Source of the DNA: Thermoanaerobaculia bacterium
GTDB taxonomy: Bacteria > Acidobacteriota > Thermoanaerobaculia > Gp7-AA8
Assembly (NCBI GenBank): GCA_036375075.1
Contig: DASUSN010000211.1
Location: 8,075 to 72,074, forward strand
Reading direction: 5' to 3'
DNA length: 64,000 nucleotides
Below the pieces are notes generated by a model that saw only the letters and a list, made by a program, of their open reading frames with translations, did not search any database and was not told the origin of the DNA. Numbering within the stretch: the stretch's first letter is position 1; the number at the start of each line of letters is the position of its first letter. The position numbers were made by a program, and so were the translations under genes. This document shows, one piece after another, positions 49,432 through 59,015 of the stretch.

Positions 49432-51267
49432 GTGCGCCTACGGATCGCAGTCATCCTCCTCGTCCTCGCCGCCCTTCCCCTGTTCGCCCAGCCGCTTGTC
49501 ATCCGCACCCTCGCGGGCTCGCGGAGCGGGGGCGGGTTCTCCGATGCGTTCGGCACCGGCGCGCGCTTCTCGGTGCCGCGCGCGATCGCGGCGGACGCGG
49601 CCGGAAACCTCTGGGTGGCGGACACGGGCAATCACGTGATCCGCAAGGTGACGCCCGCGGGCGACGTGGTGACCATCGCCGGCGAGCCGGGCGTCGCGGG
49701 ATTCGCGGACGGGCAGGGATCCGCGGCGCGGTTCCGCTTCCCCGCGGGGATCGCGGTCGATCCCGTCAGCGGGACGATCTGGATCTCCGACAAGGACAAC
49801 CACGTCATCCGCCGCATGACGCCGTCCGGCGCGGTCACGACCATCGCCGGCCAGCCGGGTGTCGCCGGCTCCGCGGACGCGCAGGGGTCCGCGGCGAGGT
49901 TCGCCTATCCGCGCGGCCTGGCCGTCGATGCGAGCGGCGGCGTGTACGTCGCGGACACGCAGAACCAGGTGATCCGCCGGGTGACGGCGGACGGCGTCGC
50001 CATCACCTACGCGGGAAGAATGCTCGTGGACGGCTCGAGCGACGGCCTGCTGACCGACGCGCGGTTCCGCCTGCCGTCGGACGTCGCGATCGACGCGGGC
50101 GGCATCCTGTACGTGAGCGACACCGGCAACCAGAGCATCCGCAAGATCGCCAACGGCATGGTCACGACCATCGCGGCATCGCTCGAGACGCCGTGGGGAC
50201 TCGACGTCGACGCCGCCGGGAACGTCTACGTCGCCGACGCAGACGCGGGGCGGGTCCTCCGCATCACGCCGTCGGGGTCGGTGTCGACGCTCGTGAACGC
50301 CGGGCTGCAGAGCCCGTCCGGCGTCGCGCTGGCGAATGGCACGCTCTTCATCACCGACGCGCTGAACCACGCCGTCCGCGGCATCGACCCGGCGACCGGA
50401 GCGGTCACGACCATCGCCGGCTCGCTCCCCGCGACGGGCCACTTGCCGTACGCGGTCACGTCCGACGGCGACGGCAACGTGTACGTCGCGCAAGGAAGCT
50501 CGATCCGGAAGATCACGCCCGCCGGCGTGACCACGACCCTCGTCTCCGGCCTCAACCTGGCGACCGGCATCGACATCGGTCCCGACGGCTATCTCTACGT
50601 CGCCGACGCCGCGGCCGCGCGCGTGCTCCGCGTGTCGATGAGCGGCGTGGTGACGACCTTCGCGGGCAGCGGGGACGAGTTCGGCGCGCCGTGGAGCGTC
50701 GCCGTCGACAACCTGCGCAACGTGTACGTCACCGATCTCTCCCGCCACCGCATCCACGTCGTCACCTCCGCGGGCAACGTCTCGACGCTCGCCGGCACCG
50801 GGACCCCGGGGCTGCTGGACGGCGCGGCCGCGGCGGCCCGCTTCCGCTCTCCGTCCGGCATCGCCCTCGACGCCGCGCGCAACCTCTACATCACGGACTT
50901 CGGCAACAACGCCGTGCGCAAGTACACGCGCGCCACGGGCGTGGTGTCGACGCTCGTCGCCCCCGCCGCGGGACTGATCGCGCCCAGCGGCATCGCCGCG
51001 GACGCGGGCGGCACGCTGCTCTACGTGGCCGACTACAACCATGCGATCTACCGCGTCACGCCCGCCGGCGCCCTGACCGTCGTCGCCGGCCTCCCCGGCA
51101 CGCCGGGCAACGTGGACGGCACAGGCACGCACGCGCGGTTCGCGTATCCGGAAGGACTGGCGCTGACACCCGCGGGCGAGCTGCTGATCGCGGACTCGTA
51201 CAACCGCGCCATCCGCGTGGGACGCGTGTTCGTGGGACCGGACCGGCGAAGAGTCGTGCGGCGTTAA
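49432..51267 (+). CDS. Secreted NHL-repeat protein (paralogue, about 12 repeats)
   Basis: Same architecture and same basic C-terminal tail as 47188-49266. GTG start. Confidence 0.8.
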   Translation: MRLRIAVILLVLAALPLFAQPLVIRTLAGSRSGGGFSDAFGTGARFSVPRAIAADAAGNLWVADTGNHVIRKVTPAGDVVTIAGEPGVAGFADGQGSAARFRFPAGIAVDPVSGTIWISDKDNHVIRRMTPSGAVTTIAGQPGVAGSADAQGSAARFAYPRGLAVDASGGVYVADTQNQVIRRVTADGVAITYAGRMLVDGSSDGLLTDARFRLPSDVAIDAGGILYVSDTGNQSIRKIANGMVTTIAASLETPWGLDVDAAGNVYVADADAGRVLRITPSGSVSTLVNAGLQSPSGVALANGTLFITDALNHAVRGIDPATGAVTTIAGSLPATGHLPYAVTSDGDGNVYVAQGSSIRKITPAGVTTTLVSGLNLATGIDIGPDGYLYVADAAAARVLRVSMSGVVTTFAGSGDEFGAPWSVAVDNLRNVYVTDLSRHRIHVVTSAGNVSTLAGTGTPGLLDGAAAAARFRSPSGIALDAARNLYITDFGNNAVRKYTRATGVVSTLVAPAAGLIAPSGIAADAGGTLLYVADYNHAIYRVTPAGALTVVAGLPGTPGNVDGTGTHARFAYPEGLALTPAGELLIADSYNRAIRVGRVFVGPDRRRVVRR

Positions 51268-51272
51268 GACAA

Positions 51273-51360
51273 ATGTAGGGCGTGGCTTCAGCCCGCCTCC
51301 CCCGGGGTGGGGGGCGTTCCCCTCCCCGTCCGAGGGGCGGGCTGAAGCCGCGCCCTACAT
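51273..51360. repeat. Palindromic element GTAGGGCGYGGCTTCAGCCCGCC between convergent genes
   Basis: ATGTAGGGCGTGGCTTCAGCCCGCC ... GGCGGGCTGAAGCCGCGCCCTACAT. The right arm contains the radical-SAM gene stop codon. Confidence 0.85.
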
Positions 51361-52404
51361 ACGCCGCGCGAACACGCAGTCGCGGCACATGAAGTCTTCG
51401 GGCGCTTCGTCCACGCCGTAGACCCACCGCCGCAGCTTCGCGATCTCGTCTCCCGCCAGCACCTCGGCGATCGTGCTCTGCGTGAGGTCGCCCACGACGT
51501 ACTTCTCGTCGTAGTCCTCGCAGCACAGCACGCACTTGCCGTGCGGCGTGATGTGCAGATGCTGGAGCGGGCGGGAGCCGACGTTGTCGCAGCCCTTGAG
51601 GGGCCGCATGCGGTCGGCCGCCTTGAGGCCGACGTCGAGCCAGCCCGCGCGGTCCATCACGACGTGCTGCTCGATGGCGAACCGGCTCCCCGCGAACCGC
51701 TGCCGGATGGCGGCGAAGTCGGCGTCGTGGGTGGCGTCGCCCGTGCCCAGGACGACGATCTTCATGTCCTCGGCGATGCGGGTGTCCTTCATGTAATCGA
51801 GGTTCCGCAGCACGGCCGGCAGGTGATCCGCGCCGCGATCGCGCACGTAGCGCTCGCGGTCGAGCGTCGAGAGGTTGATGCAGAGGTAGCGCAGCGATCC
51901 CAGCTCCAGGATCGCGTCCGTCTTCGCCGGCGTGAACCCCGAGGCGTTGCTCAGCACCGCGACGGGCAGTCCGCGCTCCGCGAGCGTCCGGATCTGGTCG
52001 AGAAAACGGCGATCGAGAGTCGGCTCGTTGTAGCTCTGGAGGAAGACGCTGTCGAGCGTCGCCCGGAAGGCGGTCAGCTCATCGACGATCCGCGCGAACA
52101 GCGCGTCGTGCATCGCGAAGTCCTCGCGCGGCGCGATGGAGACGGGGCAGAAATAGCACTTCTGGTTGCAGGTCGTGAGCGTCTCCAGGGAGACGATCTT
52201 CAGATGATGGCGGCGCGACAGCTCCCTGCCGTCGCCGTTGTCGACCACCCATCCGTCGCGCAGCAGCGTCTCGTCGCCCGCCCCCGTGCTCTGGAAGGCG
52301 CGGAAACGCTCGTACGCGGCATCTCCCGGCACCAGCGCGCGGTCGGTCAGCGGGTCGTAGATCCGCTCCGCGTCGATGTGCAGGAAGGGGTTTGTCTTCA
52401 ACAT
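51355..52404 (-). CDS. Radical SAM / SPASM-domain protein
   Basis: 'TTCNQKCYFCP' CxxxCxxC. C-terminal Cys cluster 'GCDNVGSRP..HGKCVLCCEDY..CRDC'. Start at ATG 52404. Confidence 0.8.
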   Translation of the reverse strand: MLKTNPFLHIDAERIYDPLTDRALVPGDAAYERFRAFQSTGAGDETLLRDGWVVDNGDGRELSRRHHLKIVSLETLTTCNQKCYFCPVSIAPREDFAMHDALFARIVDELTAFRATLDSVFLQSYNEPTLDRRFLDQIRTLAERGLPVAVLSNASGFTPAKTDAILELGSLRYLCINLSTLDRERYVRDRGADHLPAVLRNLDYMKDTRIAEDMKIVVLGTGDATHDADFAAIRQRFAGSRFAIEQHVVMDRAGWLDVGLKAADRMRPLKGCDNVGSRPLQHLHITPHGKCVLCCEDYDEKYVVGDLTQSTIAEVLAGDEIAKLRRWVYGVDEAPEDFMCRDCVFARRM

Positions 52405-52462
52405 CTTCGGCCGCCACAACCCGCTTCCGGGCCGTCGTGTTCCGCGTATGATGCGCCCGGAC

Positions 52463-53617
52463 ATGCCCATCGCCGTCCTCTATCCCCGGTACGACCACCC
52501 CGCCATCGAAGAGCGCTACGCATCATGGCAGACGCAGATGCTCCTGCGGCGCGGGGCCGGGGTCTCGCGCATCATCTTCTATGAGCCCGGCGAGCGTGCC
52601 GACGACGTGGCCGCGGACGTCGAGGAAGCGCAGGTGCTCGTGGTGATCGATCCCCTGCTCCTGCCCTCCCCCCGCCTGGCCGAGCGGCTGGCCGAGGCCC
52701 TCGGCGACGCGATGGCGGCCGTGCCGGTCTCGAACGGCGCCACGCACCCCCAGCAGCAGCGTCCGCCGTCGCCGGTGTACCTGACCCTCCGCGAGCTGCA
52801 GGCCACGATGGAGACCATCGCCGCCGAGCCGCCCTCGGTCGAGCGGGTCACCTGGGACCGCTCCGATCCCGGCGTCTTCCTCTGCCGGACGGAGATGCTG
52901 GACCAGGTGAAGACCCCGCTGCGCGACGCGCTCGCCGGCCGCGACGTCGCCATTTCCCGGACGGACTACGTCCACCGCTGGAGCTCGCTGCGCGGACAGA
53001 CCCGGCACGACCTCCTCGACCGCATCAGCACGGACGCGAAGTCGATCCTCGAGTTCGGCTGCGGCGAAGCCCCCCTCGGCGAAGCCCTCAAGAAGCGGCA
53101 GAAGTGCCGCGTCGTGGGGATCGAGCTCGACCCCGAGGCGGCGGCCGTGGCCGAGAAGCGCATCGACTCCGTCTACCGCGGCGACGTCCGCGAGATCGTC
53201 TCGATCATGGACGAGCGGTTCGACTGGATCATCGGCGGCGACATCGTCGAGCATCTCGACGAGCCGTGGTCGTTCCTTGACGACCTCCGCAACGTCGCGG
53301 TGCCGGGCGGACATCTCCTGCTCAGCATCCCCAACCTCGCCAACGCGTCGCTGGTCAATGACCTCGTGCGCGGCCGCTTTGATTACGTTTACATGGGCCT
53401 CACCTGCGTCGGCCACCTGCGCTTCTTCACGAAGCAGAGCATCGCCGACATGCTCACCATCGCCGGCTGGACCATCGTCGCCATCGAGCCGCAGGACGCG
53501 GTGGTGACCCCGGCGCGCGCGGAGCTGCTCACGGCGCTGGACCGCGCGGGTCTGCCGTACTCGCGCGAGGACCTGACGCCCACCGGGTATTACGTGCTTG
53601 CAAGGAATGGAAGCTGA
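52463..53617 (+). CDS. Class I SAM-dependent methyltransferase with unknown N-terminal domain
   Basis: 'ILEFGCGEAPLG' motif I, 'VVGIELD' and 'DWIIGGDIVEHL'. Confidence 0.75.
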   Translation: MPIAVLYPRYDHPAIEERYASWQTQMLLRRGAGVSRIIFYEPGERADDVAADVEEAQVLVVIDPLLLPSPRLAERLAEALGDAMAAVPVSNGATHPQQQRPPSPVYLTLRELQATMETIAAEPPSVERVTWDRSDPGVFLCRTEMLDQVKTPLRDALAGRDVAISRTDYVHRWSSLRGQTRHDLLDRISTDAKSILEFGCGEAPLGEALKKRQKCRVVGIELDPEAAAVAEKRIDSVYRGDVREIVSIMDERFDWIIGGDIVEHLDEPWSFLDDLRNVAVPGGHLLLSIPNLANASLVNDLVRGRFDYVYMGLTCVGHLRFFTKQSIADMLTIAGWTIVAIEPQDAVVTPARAELLTALDRAGLPYSREDLTPTGYYVLARNGS

Positions 53618-53712
53618 CGAGTCGTCCAGTCGGCGAGTGATCGAGTCGTCAAGAAGCTCACGAAGACTCGACGGCTTGAAGACTGGACGGCTCGACGGCT
53701 CGAAGACTCGCA
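53618..53712. repeat. Imperfect hairpin, GAGTCGTC/GAAGACTCG-type arms
   Basis: It exactly fills the gap between the methyltransferase stop and the glycosyltransferase ATG. Related to 23179-23256 and 49270-49406. Confidence 0.65.
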
Positions 53713-54707
53713 TGAACATCGTCTATCTCCTCGAAGACACAGACCACTCCGGCGGCGTACGGGTGATGCTCGCGCACGCGGACGCGCTCATCGAGCGCGG
53801 GCATCGCGTGCGGCTCGTGACCAAGGGCCTGCCGCTGACGTGGCGTCCGTCGCGCGCGGAGTGGGTCTACGTCGACGACTTCCGCGAGTACGACGCCTCC
53901 TCGGACGACTTCGTCGTCGGCACCTTCTGGGTGACCGTACCGTACGCGCATGCGCTGGCGGGCGAGCGCGCGGTGCACCTGTGCCAGGGATACGAGGGGG
54001 CGTTCTCGGCGTATGCGTCTGTACGCGAGCAGATCGAAGCCGTGTACTCGCTGCCGGTCCCGAAGCTCATCGTCACGAAGTCGCTCCTGCCGGTCTGCCG
54101 GCGGTTCACCGACGACGTCACCTACATCGGCCAAGTCGTCGAGGACGAGTTCTACCGTCCCGGCACGCCGCGTGAGCACGAGCCGCTCCGGGTGCTGCTG
54201 TGCGGGCAGTCGCAGGCGGATCTGCGCGGCATCGAGGAAGGCTACGGCGCCGTCGCGCACGCGCGCTGGTTCCACCAGAAGCTCGACCTCATCCGCGTGT
54301 CGCCCTGGGCGCCATCGAAGGAAGAGCCGCTCGACTCCGTGCAGGAGTTCCACGTCGCCCTGACGACTGCGGAGATGACCCGGCTCATGCACTCCTGCGA
54401 CGTGCTGATCGCGCCCAACCACCGCGAAGAAGGCTTCGGCCTCCCCGCGGCCGAGGCCCTGGCCTCGGGGATCCCGTGCGTGCTGACGGCGATCCCGTCG
54501 TACCTGTCCTTCGACGACGTCCACGACTACGCCCTCTTCGCCCCCGAACAGAACGCCATCGAGCTCGGCGAGCGCCTCATCGAGCTCCTGGCGGACGCGT
54601 CGCTCCGGGAACGCCTCCGCGAGCGCGGGCGGGAGGTGGCGGAGCAATGGCGGGTCAAGCACGTGGCCGCCCGGCTGGAAACGTTCTTCCAGGACCGCCG
54701 GCGCTGA
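53712..54707 (+). CDS. GT4-family (GT-B) glycosyltransferase
   Basis: 'MNIVYLLEDTDHSGGVRV' and 'EGFGLPAAEALASGIPCV' (E-x7-E region). Confidence 0.8.
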   Translation: MNIVYLLEDTDHSGGVRVMLAHADALIERGHRVRLVTKGLPLTWRPSRAEWVYVDDFREYDASSDDFVVGTFWVTVPYAHALAGERAVHLCQGYEGAFSAYASVREQIEAVYSLPVPKLIVTKSLLPVCRRFTDDVTYIGQVVEDEFYRPGTPREHEPLRVLLCGQSQADLRGIEEGYGAVAHARWFHQKLDLIRVSPWAPSKEEPLDSVQEFHVALTTAEMTRLMHSCDVLIAPNHREEGFGLPAAEALASGIPCVLTAIPSYLSFDDVHDYALFAPEQNAIELGERLIELLADASLRERLRERGREVAEQWRVKHVAARLETFFQDRRR

Positions 54708-54716
54708 GCGATCAAG

Positions 54717-54821
54717 TGTCATCCTGAGCCGCGTAGACGGCGAAGGACCCCCCTTCCGACTTGCGCGTTCGCTGCCTCTCGCAGGGGATCCTTCGCCGCG
54801 CTTCGCCGGCTCAGGATGACA
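54717..54821. mobile_element. MITE/REP-like element, TGTCATCCTGAGCCG family (copy B, inverted relative to copy A)
   Basis: Its left 37 nt are identical to the reverse complement of the right 37 nt of copy A (14666-14702). The other arm differs at 2 positions. The loops differ. Confidence 0.85.
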
Positions 54822-54858
54822 GGGAGCGCCGGCGTCCCGCGCCGCCACTTGGGCGGGC

Positions 54859-55082
54859 GGGGAGCGTGGCACGGACGCTAGCGGAGCGCCGGCATCCTGC
54901 CGGCCGCTACGCCGGCTTCCAGCCGGCACGCCTCTCGCGAGAACCCGGGCCGCCTGGAAGGCGGCGTAGCGGCCGGCTGGAAGCCGGCGCTCCGCAGGAC
55001 GGCCGGTCGCCCCCCTATGGAGTGCGGAGGCGTTCCCTCCACACTCCAAACGGCGTCGCGTGGCGCGAAACGTGCCACGCCT
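54859..55082. repeat. Cluster of nested palindromes
   Basis: About 47-nt arms GCGGAGCGCCGGCATCCTGCCGGCCGCTACGCCGGCTTCCAGCCGGC / GCCGCCTGGAAGGCGGCGTAGCGGCCGGCTGGAAGCCGGCGCTCCGC (54881-54995). TGGAGTGCGGAGG/CCTCCACACTCCA (55018-55047). Outer GCGTGGCACG/CGTGCCACGC. Confidence 0.75.
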
Positions 55083-55165
55083 CACCCGCGCGGAGCCTGC
55101 AATTCCGGCAGCTTGTGAAAAGTTTCTCTAGTCCATAGAATCCGCCCGCGTTTCCTGAGTAACTT

Positions 55166-55753
55166 ATGCCAGTTCAGAAGATTGAAAGAGAAGACTCGAT
55201 CATCCCGCGCAAGCCGGGAGTGGCTCCGGGCGAAGGTGCGGAGAAGGGGCTGATCACCCTGCCCGGCGAGGCCGACCGTGAGGTCGAGGATCTCGCCGGC
55301 GCCACCTACCTCACGACCAAGCTCGACTCCGTCGTGAACTGGGCCCGCGGCAACTCGCTGTGGCCGCTGCCCTTCGGCACGGCTTGCTGCGCGATCGAGT
55401 TCATGTCCATGGTCTCGTCCCACTACGACATCTCCCGCTTCGGCGCGGAGACCGTGCGCTTCTCGCCGCGCCAGGCCGACCTGCTGATCGTCGCCGGCAC
55501 GATCGTCGACAAGATCGCGCCCGTGCTCAAGAAGATCTACGACCAGATGCCCGAGCCGAAGTACGTCATCGCCATGGGCGCCTGCGCCACCTCCGGCGGC
55601 TTCTATCGCGCGTACCACGTCGTCCAGGGGATCGACGAGATCATCCCGGTCGACATCTGGGTCCCGGGCTGCCCGCCGACGCCGGACGGCCTGATGTACG
55701 CGATCCTCAAGCTGCGCGAGAAAGTCCAGCGCGGGGAGATCAAGCGCGGATGA
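55166..55753 (+). CDS. nuoB: NADH-quinone oxidoreductase subunit B
   Basis: '[16 protein letters not shown]', 'MGACATSGG' and 'VPGCPP'. Confidence 0.9.
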   Translation: MPVQKIEREDSIIPRKPGVAPGEGAEKGLITLPGEADREVEDLAGATYLTTKLDSVVNWARGNSLWPLPFGTACCAIEFMSMVSSHYDISRFGAETVRFSPRQADLLIVAGTIVDKIAPVLKKIYDQMPEPKYVIAMGACATSGGFYRAYHVVQGIDEIIPVDIWVPGCPPTPDGLMYAILKLREKVQRGEIKRG

Positions 55754-57528
55754 GCACCTTAACGAAATTCAGCCCCATCCCCTACACCGGTCCGGCCCCG
55801 ACCAACCGCACGCAGTACGTCCCCGCCGACGCCGCCGTCATGGACGCGCGCGGCGCGGAGATCGCGTCGAAGGTCCAGGGCCTCACCCAGGAGACGGGAC
55901 AGGACCTCCCCACCTTCCTCGTCGACAAGAGCGAGATCGTCGGCGTGCTCCGCGCGCTGCACGATCATCCCGAGCTGCGCTTCACCCTCCCCCTCGACCT
56001 CTTCGGCGCGGACTACCCGCACCGCGAGAAGCGCTTCGACGTCCTCTACCAGCTCTATTCGCTGACGAACAACGAGCGCGTGCGCCTCAAGGTCCGCGTG
56101 GCCGAGGATGAGAGCGTGCCGACGAGCGTCGGCGTGTTCGAGGGCTACGACTGGTACGAGCGCGAAGTGTTCGACATGTACGGGATCAAGTTCGACGGAC
56201 ACCCGAACCTCCGCCGCATCCTGACCCACGACATGTTCCAGGGCCACGCCCTGCGCAAGGACTACGATCCCGCCCAGCGCTGGCTGCTCAACGACAGCGG
56301 CATCGCCACGCTGCAGCCGAAGATCGCGCCGCAGTTCGTCGAGCAGGAGGAAGAGTCCGACTTCGAGCGCGTGACGCTGAACCTCGGTCCCTCCCACCCC
56401 GCCATGCACGGCACCCTGCGCGTGGTGGTCACGCTCGACGGCGAGACCATCGTCGGCACCGAGCAGGAGATCGGCTACCTCCACCGCTGCTTCGAGAAGA
56501 TGTCGGAGACGCACACCTACCAGCAGGTGATCCCGTTCACCGACCGCCTGAACTACTGCTCGGCGGTGATCAACAACGTCGGCTACTGCATGGCGGTCGA
56601 GAAGATGCTCGGCCTCTCCGCGCCGGACCGCGCCCAGCACGTGCGCCTGATCCTCTCGGAGTTCTACCGCATCGCCGACCACATCGTCTGCATCGGCACC
56701 AACCTCGTCGACCTCGGCGCCCTGACGAACTTCTGGTACCTGTTCCAGCCGCGCGAGGAGATCATCGCCCTGGCCGAGTCGTGCAGCGGCGCGCGCCTGC
56801 TCCCGAGTTACCTGCGCATCGGCGGCCTGGCCGTCGACGTGCCGCCGGAGTTCCTCGCCAACGCCCAGAAGATCGTCAACATGCTCCCGAAGTACATCGA
56901 CGAGGTCGAAGCCCTCGTGATGAAGAACCGCATCTTCCGCGAGCGGACCGAGGGCGTGGGCGTGATCTCGCAGGCGGACGCGATCAACTACGGCTTCACC
57001 GGACCGTGCCTCCGCGCCACCGGCGTCCCCTTCGACGTCCGCAAGGCCAATCCCTACCTCGGCTACGACACGTACGACTGGGACGTGCCGATCGCCGACG
57101 GCGGCGACACGTATGCGCGGTTCCTGGTGCGCTTCGAAGAGATGCGCCAGTCCATCCGCATCATCCAGCAGGCCATCACCCGCGGGCTGCCCCCGGGCCC
57201 GGTGATGGTCGACAACCCGTACGTGGCCCTGCCGCCGAAGGCGAAGGTCTACAACGAGATGGAGTCGCTGATCTACCACTTCAAGCTGATCATGCACGGC
57301 ATCCAGCCGCCGGTCGGCGAGACGTACTTCCAGGTCGAGGGCGGCAACGGCGAAGTCGGCTTCTACCTCGTCAGCGACGGCACGAAGAACCCGTACCGCG
57401 TGCGCGCGCGCCCGCCCTGCTTCCCGATCTTCGAGGCCTACGGAAAGATGATCACCGGACAGACCATCCCCGACGCCATCGCGGCGCTCGGCTCGCTGAA
57501 CATCATCGCAGGGGAGCTCGATCACTGA
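55750..57528 (+). CDS. nuoCD: Fused NADH-quinone oxidoreductase subunits C/D
   Basis: NuoC '[18 protein letters not shown]' and NuoD '[15 protein letters not shown]', '[10 protein letters not shown]'. ATGA overlap with nuoB. Confidence 0.9.
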   Translation: MSTLTKFSPIPYTGPAPTNRTQYVPADAAVMDARGAEIASKVQGLTQETGQDLPTFLVDKSEIVGVLRALHDHPELRFTLPLDLFGADYPHREKRFDVLYQLYSLTNNERVRLKVRVAEDESVPTSVGVFEGYDWYEREVFDMYGIKFDGHPNLRRILTHDMFQGHALRKDYDPAQRWLLNDSGIATLQPKIAPQFVEQEEESDFERVTLNLGPSHPAMHGTLRVVVTLDGETIVGTEQEIGYLHRCFEKMSETHTYQQVIPFTDRLNYCSAVINNVGYCMAVEKMLGLSAPDRAQHVRLILSEFYRIADHIVCIGTNLVDLGALTNFWYLFQPREEIIALAESCSGARLLPSYLRIGGLAVDVPPEFLANAQKIVNMLPKYIDEVEALVMKNRIFRERTEGVGVISQADAINYGFTGPCLRATGVPFDVRKANPYLGYDTYDWDVPIADGGDTYARFLVRFEEMRQSIRIIQQAITRGLPPGPVMVDNPYVALPPKAKVYNEMESLIYHFKLIMHGIQPPVGETYFQVEGGNGEVGFYLVSDGTKNPYRVRARPPCFPIFEAYGKMITGQTIPDAIAALGSLNIIAGELDH

Positions 57529-58172
57529 TGGCCATCACCCGAGTCTCTCCCGGAATCGTCAAGGTCGAGCGCGAGCCGATGACGCTCTCCGAGCGCGCGT
57601 ACCTGCCGGCCGTCTTCGGCGGCATGTTCCGCACGCTCAAGCACCTGCTGCGCAACCTCTTCAACATCAAGAAGCTCCCGACGATCTCGTATCCCGAGGT
57701 CAAGCGCGTCTACTCCGAGCGCTTCCGCGGGCGGCACATCCTCACCACCCGCGAGGACGGCACCACCCGCTGCGTCGCGTGCTACATGTGCTCGACCGCG
57801 TGTCCCGCGGAGTGCATCACCATCGAGGCCGGCGAAGACCAGCGCACGCGCGAGAAGTTCCCGGTGCGCTACGACATCGACCTGCTGCGCTGCATCTTCT
57901 GCGGCTACTGCGTCGACGCCTGCCCCGAGGACGCGATCTACATGACCCGCGACTACGAGATGGCCATCGACACCCGCGCCCGCGCGGTGGTCGGCCTGCG
58001 CGACCTGGTCGTGCCGCCGAACTTCCCCGTCGGCCCGATGGGCTGGCGCCCGTACTACGGGGGCATCGAGAAGCGCGGCACCGCCGGCGGCACCGGCATC
58101 GGCCAGCCGCTGCGCGAAGCGCCGTACGAGGATCAGGACCCGCCCAACCCCGACGTGTACCGCGGCGCGTAG
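57528..58172 (+). CDS. nuoI: NADH-quinone oxidoreductase subunit I
   Basis: 'CVACYMCSTACP' and 'CIFCGYCVDACP'. TGATG junction with nuoCD. About 60-aa C-terminal extension. Confidence 0.9.
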   Translation: MAITRVSPGIVKVEREPMTLSERAYLPAVFGGMFRTLKHLLRNLFNIKKLPTISYPEVKRVYSERFRGRHILTTREDGTTRCVACYMCSTACPAECITIEAGEDQRTREKFPVRYDIDLLRCIFCGYCVDACPEDAIYMTRDYEMAIDTRARAVVGLRDLVVPPNFPVGPMGWRPYYGGIEKRGTAGGTGIGQPLREAPYEDQDPPNPDVYRGA

Positions 58173-58224
58173 GGAACGCTCCGCGTAGCGAGCCTGGCAC
58201 CTCGGCTATCATGCAGCGGCTTTC

Positions 58225-58686
58225 ATGAAACCGCTCGAGACCACGGTCGAAGAAGTCCTGCGCGAGGCCATCCAGTCGGAGGTCGAGACGCGCGTGTACT
58301 ACCAGAAGCTCGCCGATCGCACGATCACGCCCGAGGCGCGCAGCCGGATGCTGCAGCTCTCCGACATGGAGCTGGTGCACCGCGCGAAGCTGGAGCGCAA
58401 GTACCGCGAACTGCTGGGCGAGAACGCGCCCGATCCGGCGCCGGTCAACATCGAGCTGCCGCCGGAGATCGCCTCGCTCGATCTCAGCCGCGCGCTCAAA
58501 TACGCCCTCGAGCGCGAACGCGACTCGGAGAGCCACTACCGCTTCCTGGCCGAGCGCGTCCCGCCGACGACCGAGCTCGGCCGCCTGTTCGTGGAGCTCG
58601 CGGAGATCGAGTGGAAACACAAGACCGACCTGCAGGCGGAGTACGACGCCAGCGCGGGACCGGATCAGTTCTTATTGGATATGTGA
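58225..58686 (+). CDS. Ferritin-like / rubrerythrin-family diiron protein
   Basis: Four-helix pattern with E..ExxH pairs: 'QSEVETRVYY', 'MELVHRAK', 'ERERDSESHY' and 'EIEWKHK'. Confidence 0.6.
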   Translation: MKPLETTVEEVLREAIQSEVETRVYYQKLADRTITPEARSRMLQLSDMELVHRAKLERKYRELLGENAPDPAPVNIELPPEIASLDLSRALKYALERERDSESHYRFLAERVPPTTELGRLFVELAEIEWKHKTDLQAEYDASAGPDQFLLDM

Positions 58687-58689
58687 GAC

Positions 58690-58782
58690 GGAGTTCCTCG
58701 GTCCCTCGGTTCCTCGGAGTTCCTCGGGTGGGGGTCCACTCCGAGGAACTCCGAGGAACCCCGAGGAACCCGAGGAACTCCC
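58690..58782. repeat. Hairpin with tandem-repeat arms, unit GAGGAAC(Y)CC (second locus)
   Basis: GAGTTCCTCGGTCCCTCGGTTCCTCGGAGTTCCTCGGGTGG ... CCACTCCGAGGAACTCCGAGGAACCCCGAGGAACCCGAGGAACTC. Confidence 0.85.
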
Positions 58783-59015
58783 CAAAAAGCATCCGGCCCG
58801 GTGACTTGCGCCACCGGGCCGTCTGCTCTCTCTCATACAACACGCTGCCGGTTCTCGAAACGGTGCGTTGTATGAGTGCATAGTAGGCATCGGTGGTCAG
58901 ACCCCAGGGAATTCAACATAAAAAATCGGTCAGCCCCCGCAGCCTCGGCCAGTGAAACGTGAGTGACGCGTACGTCAGCCGTCAGAGAACCGCAAAATCA
59001 TAAAATCACCCTCTC

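Noticed and set aside
48000-51278. 1092-aa plus-strand ORF spanning both NHL genes and the hairpin between them
   Set aside because: It is an alternative frame with an Arg/Gly/Pro-rich product. The NHL frames show 12 regular repeats each, plus signal peptides.
58783-59015. Relatively AT-rich 230-bp gap upstream of the cysteine desulfurase gene as a possible riboswitch or sRNA
   Set aside because: I could not identify any conserved riboswitch core or stable terminator. It is most simply a promoter/5' UTR region. A Rfam scan would settle it.
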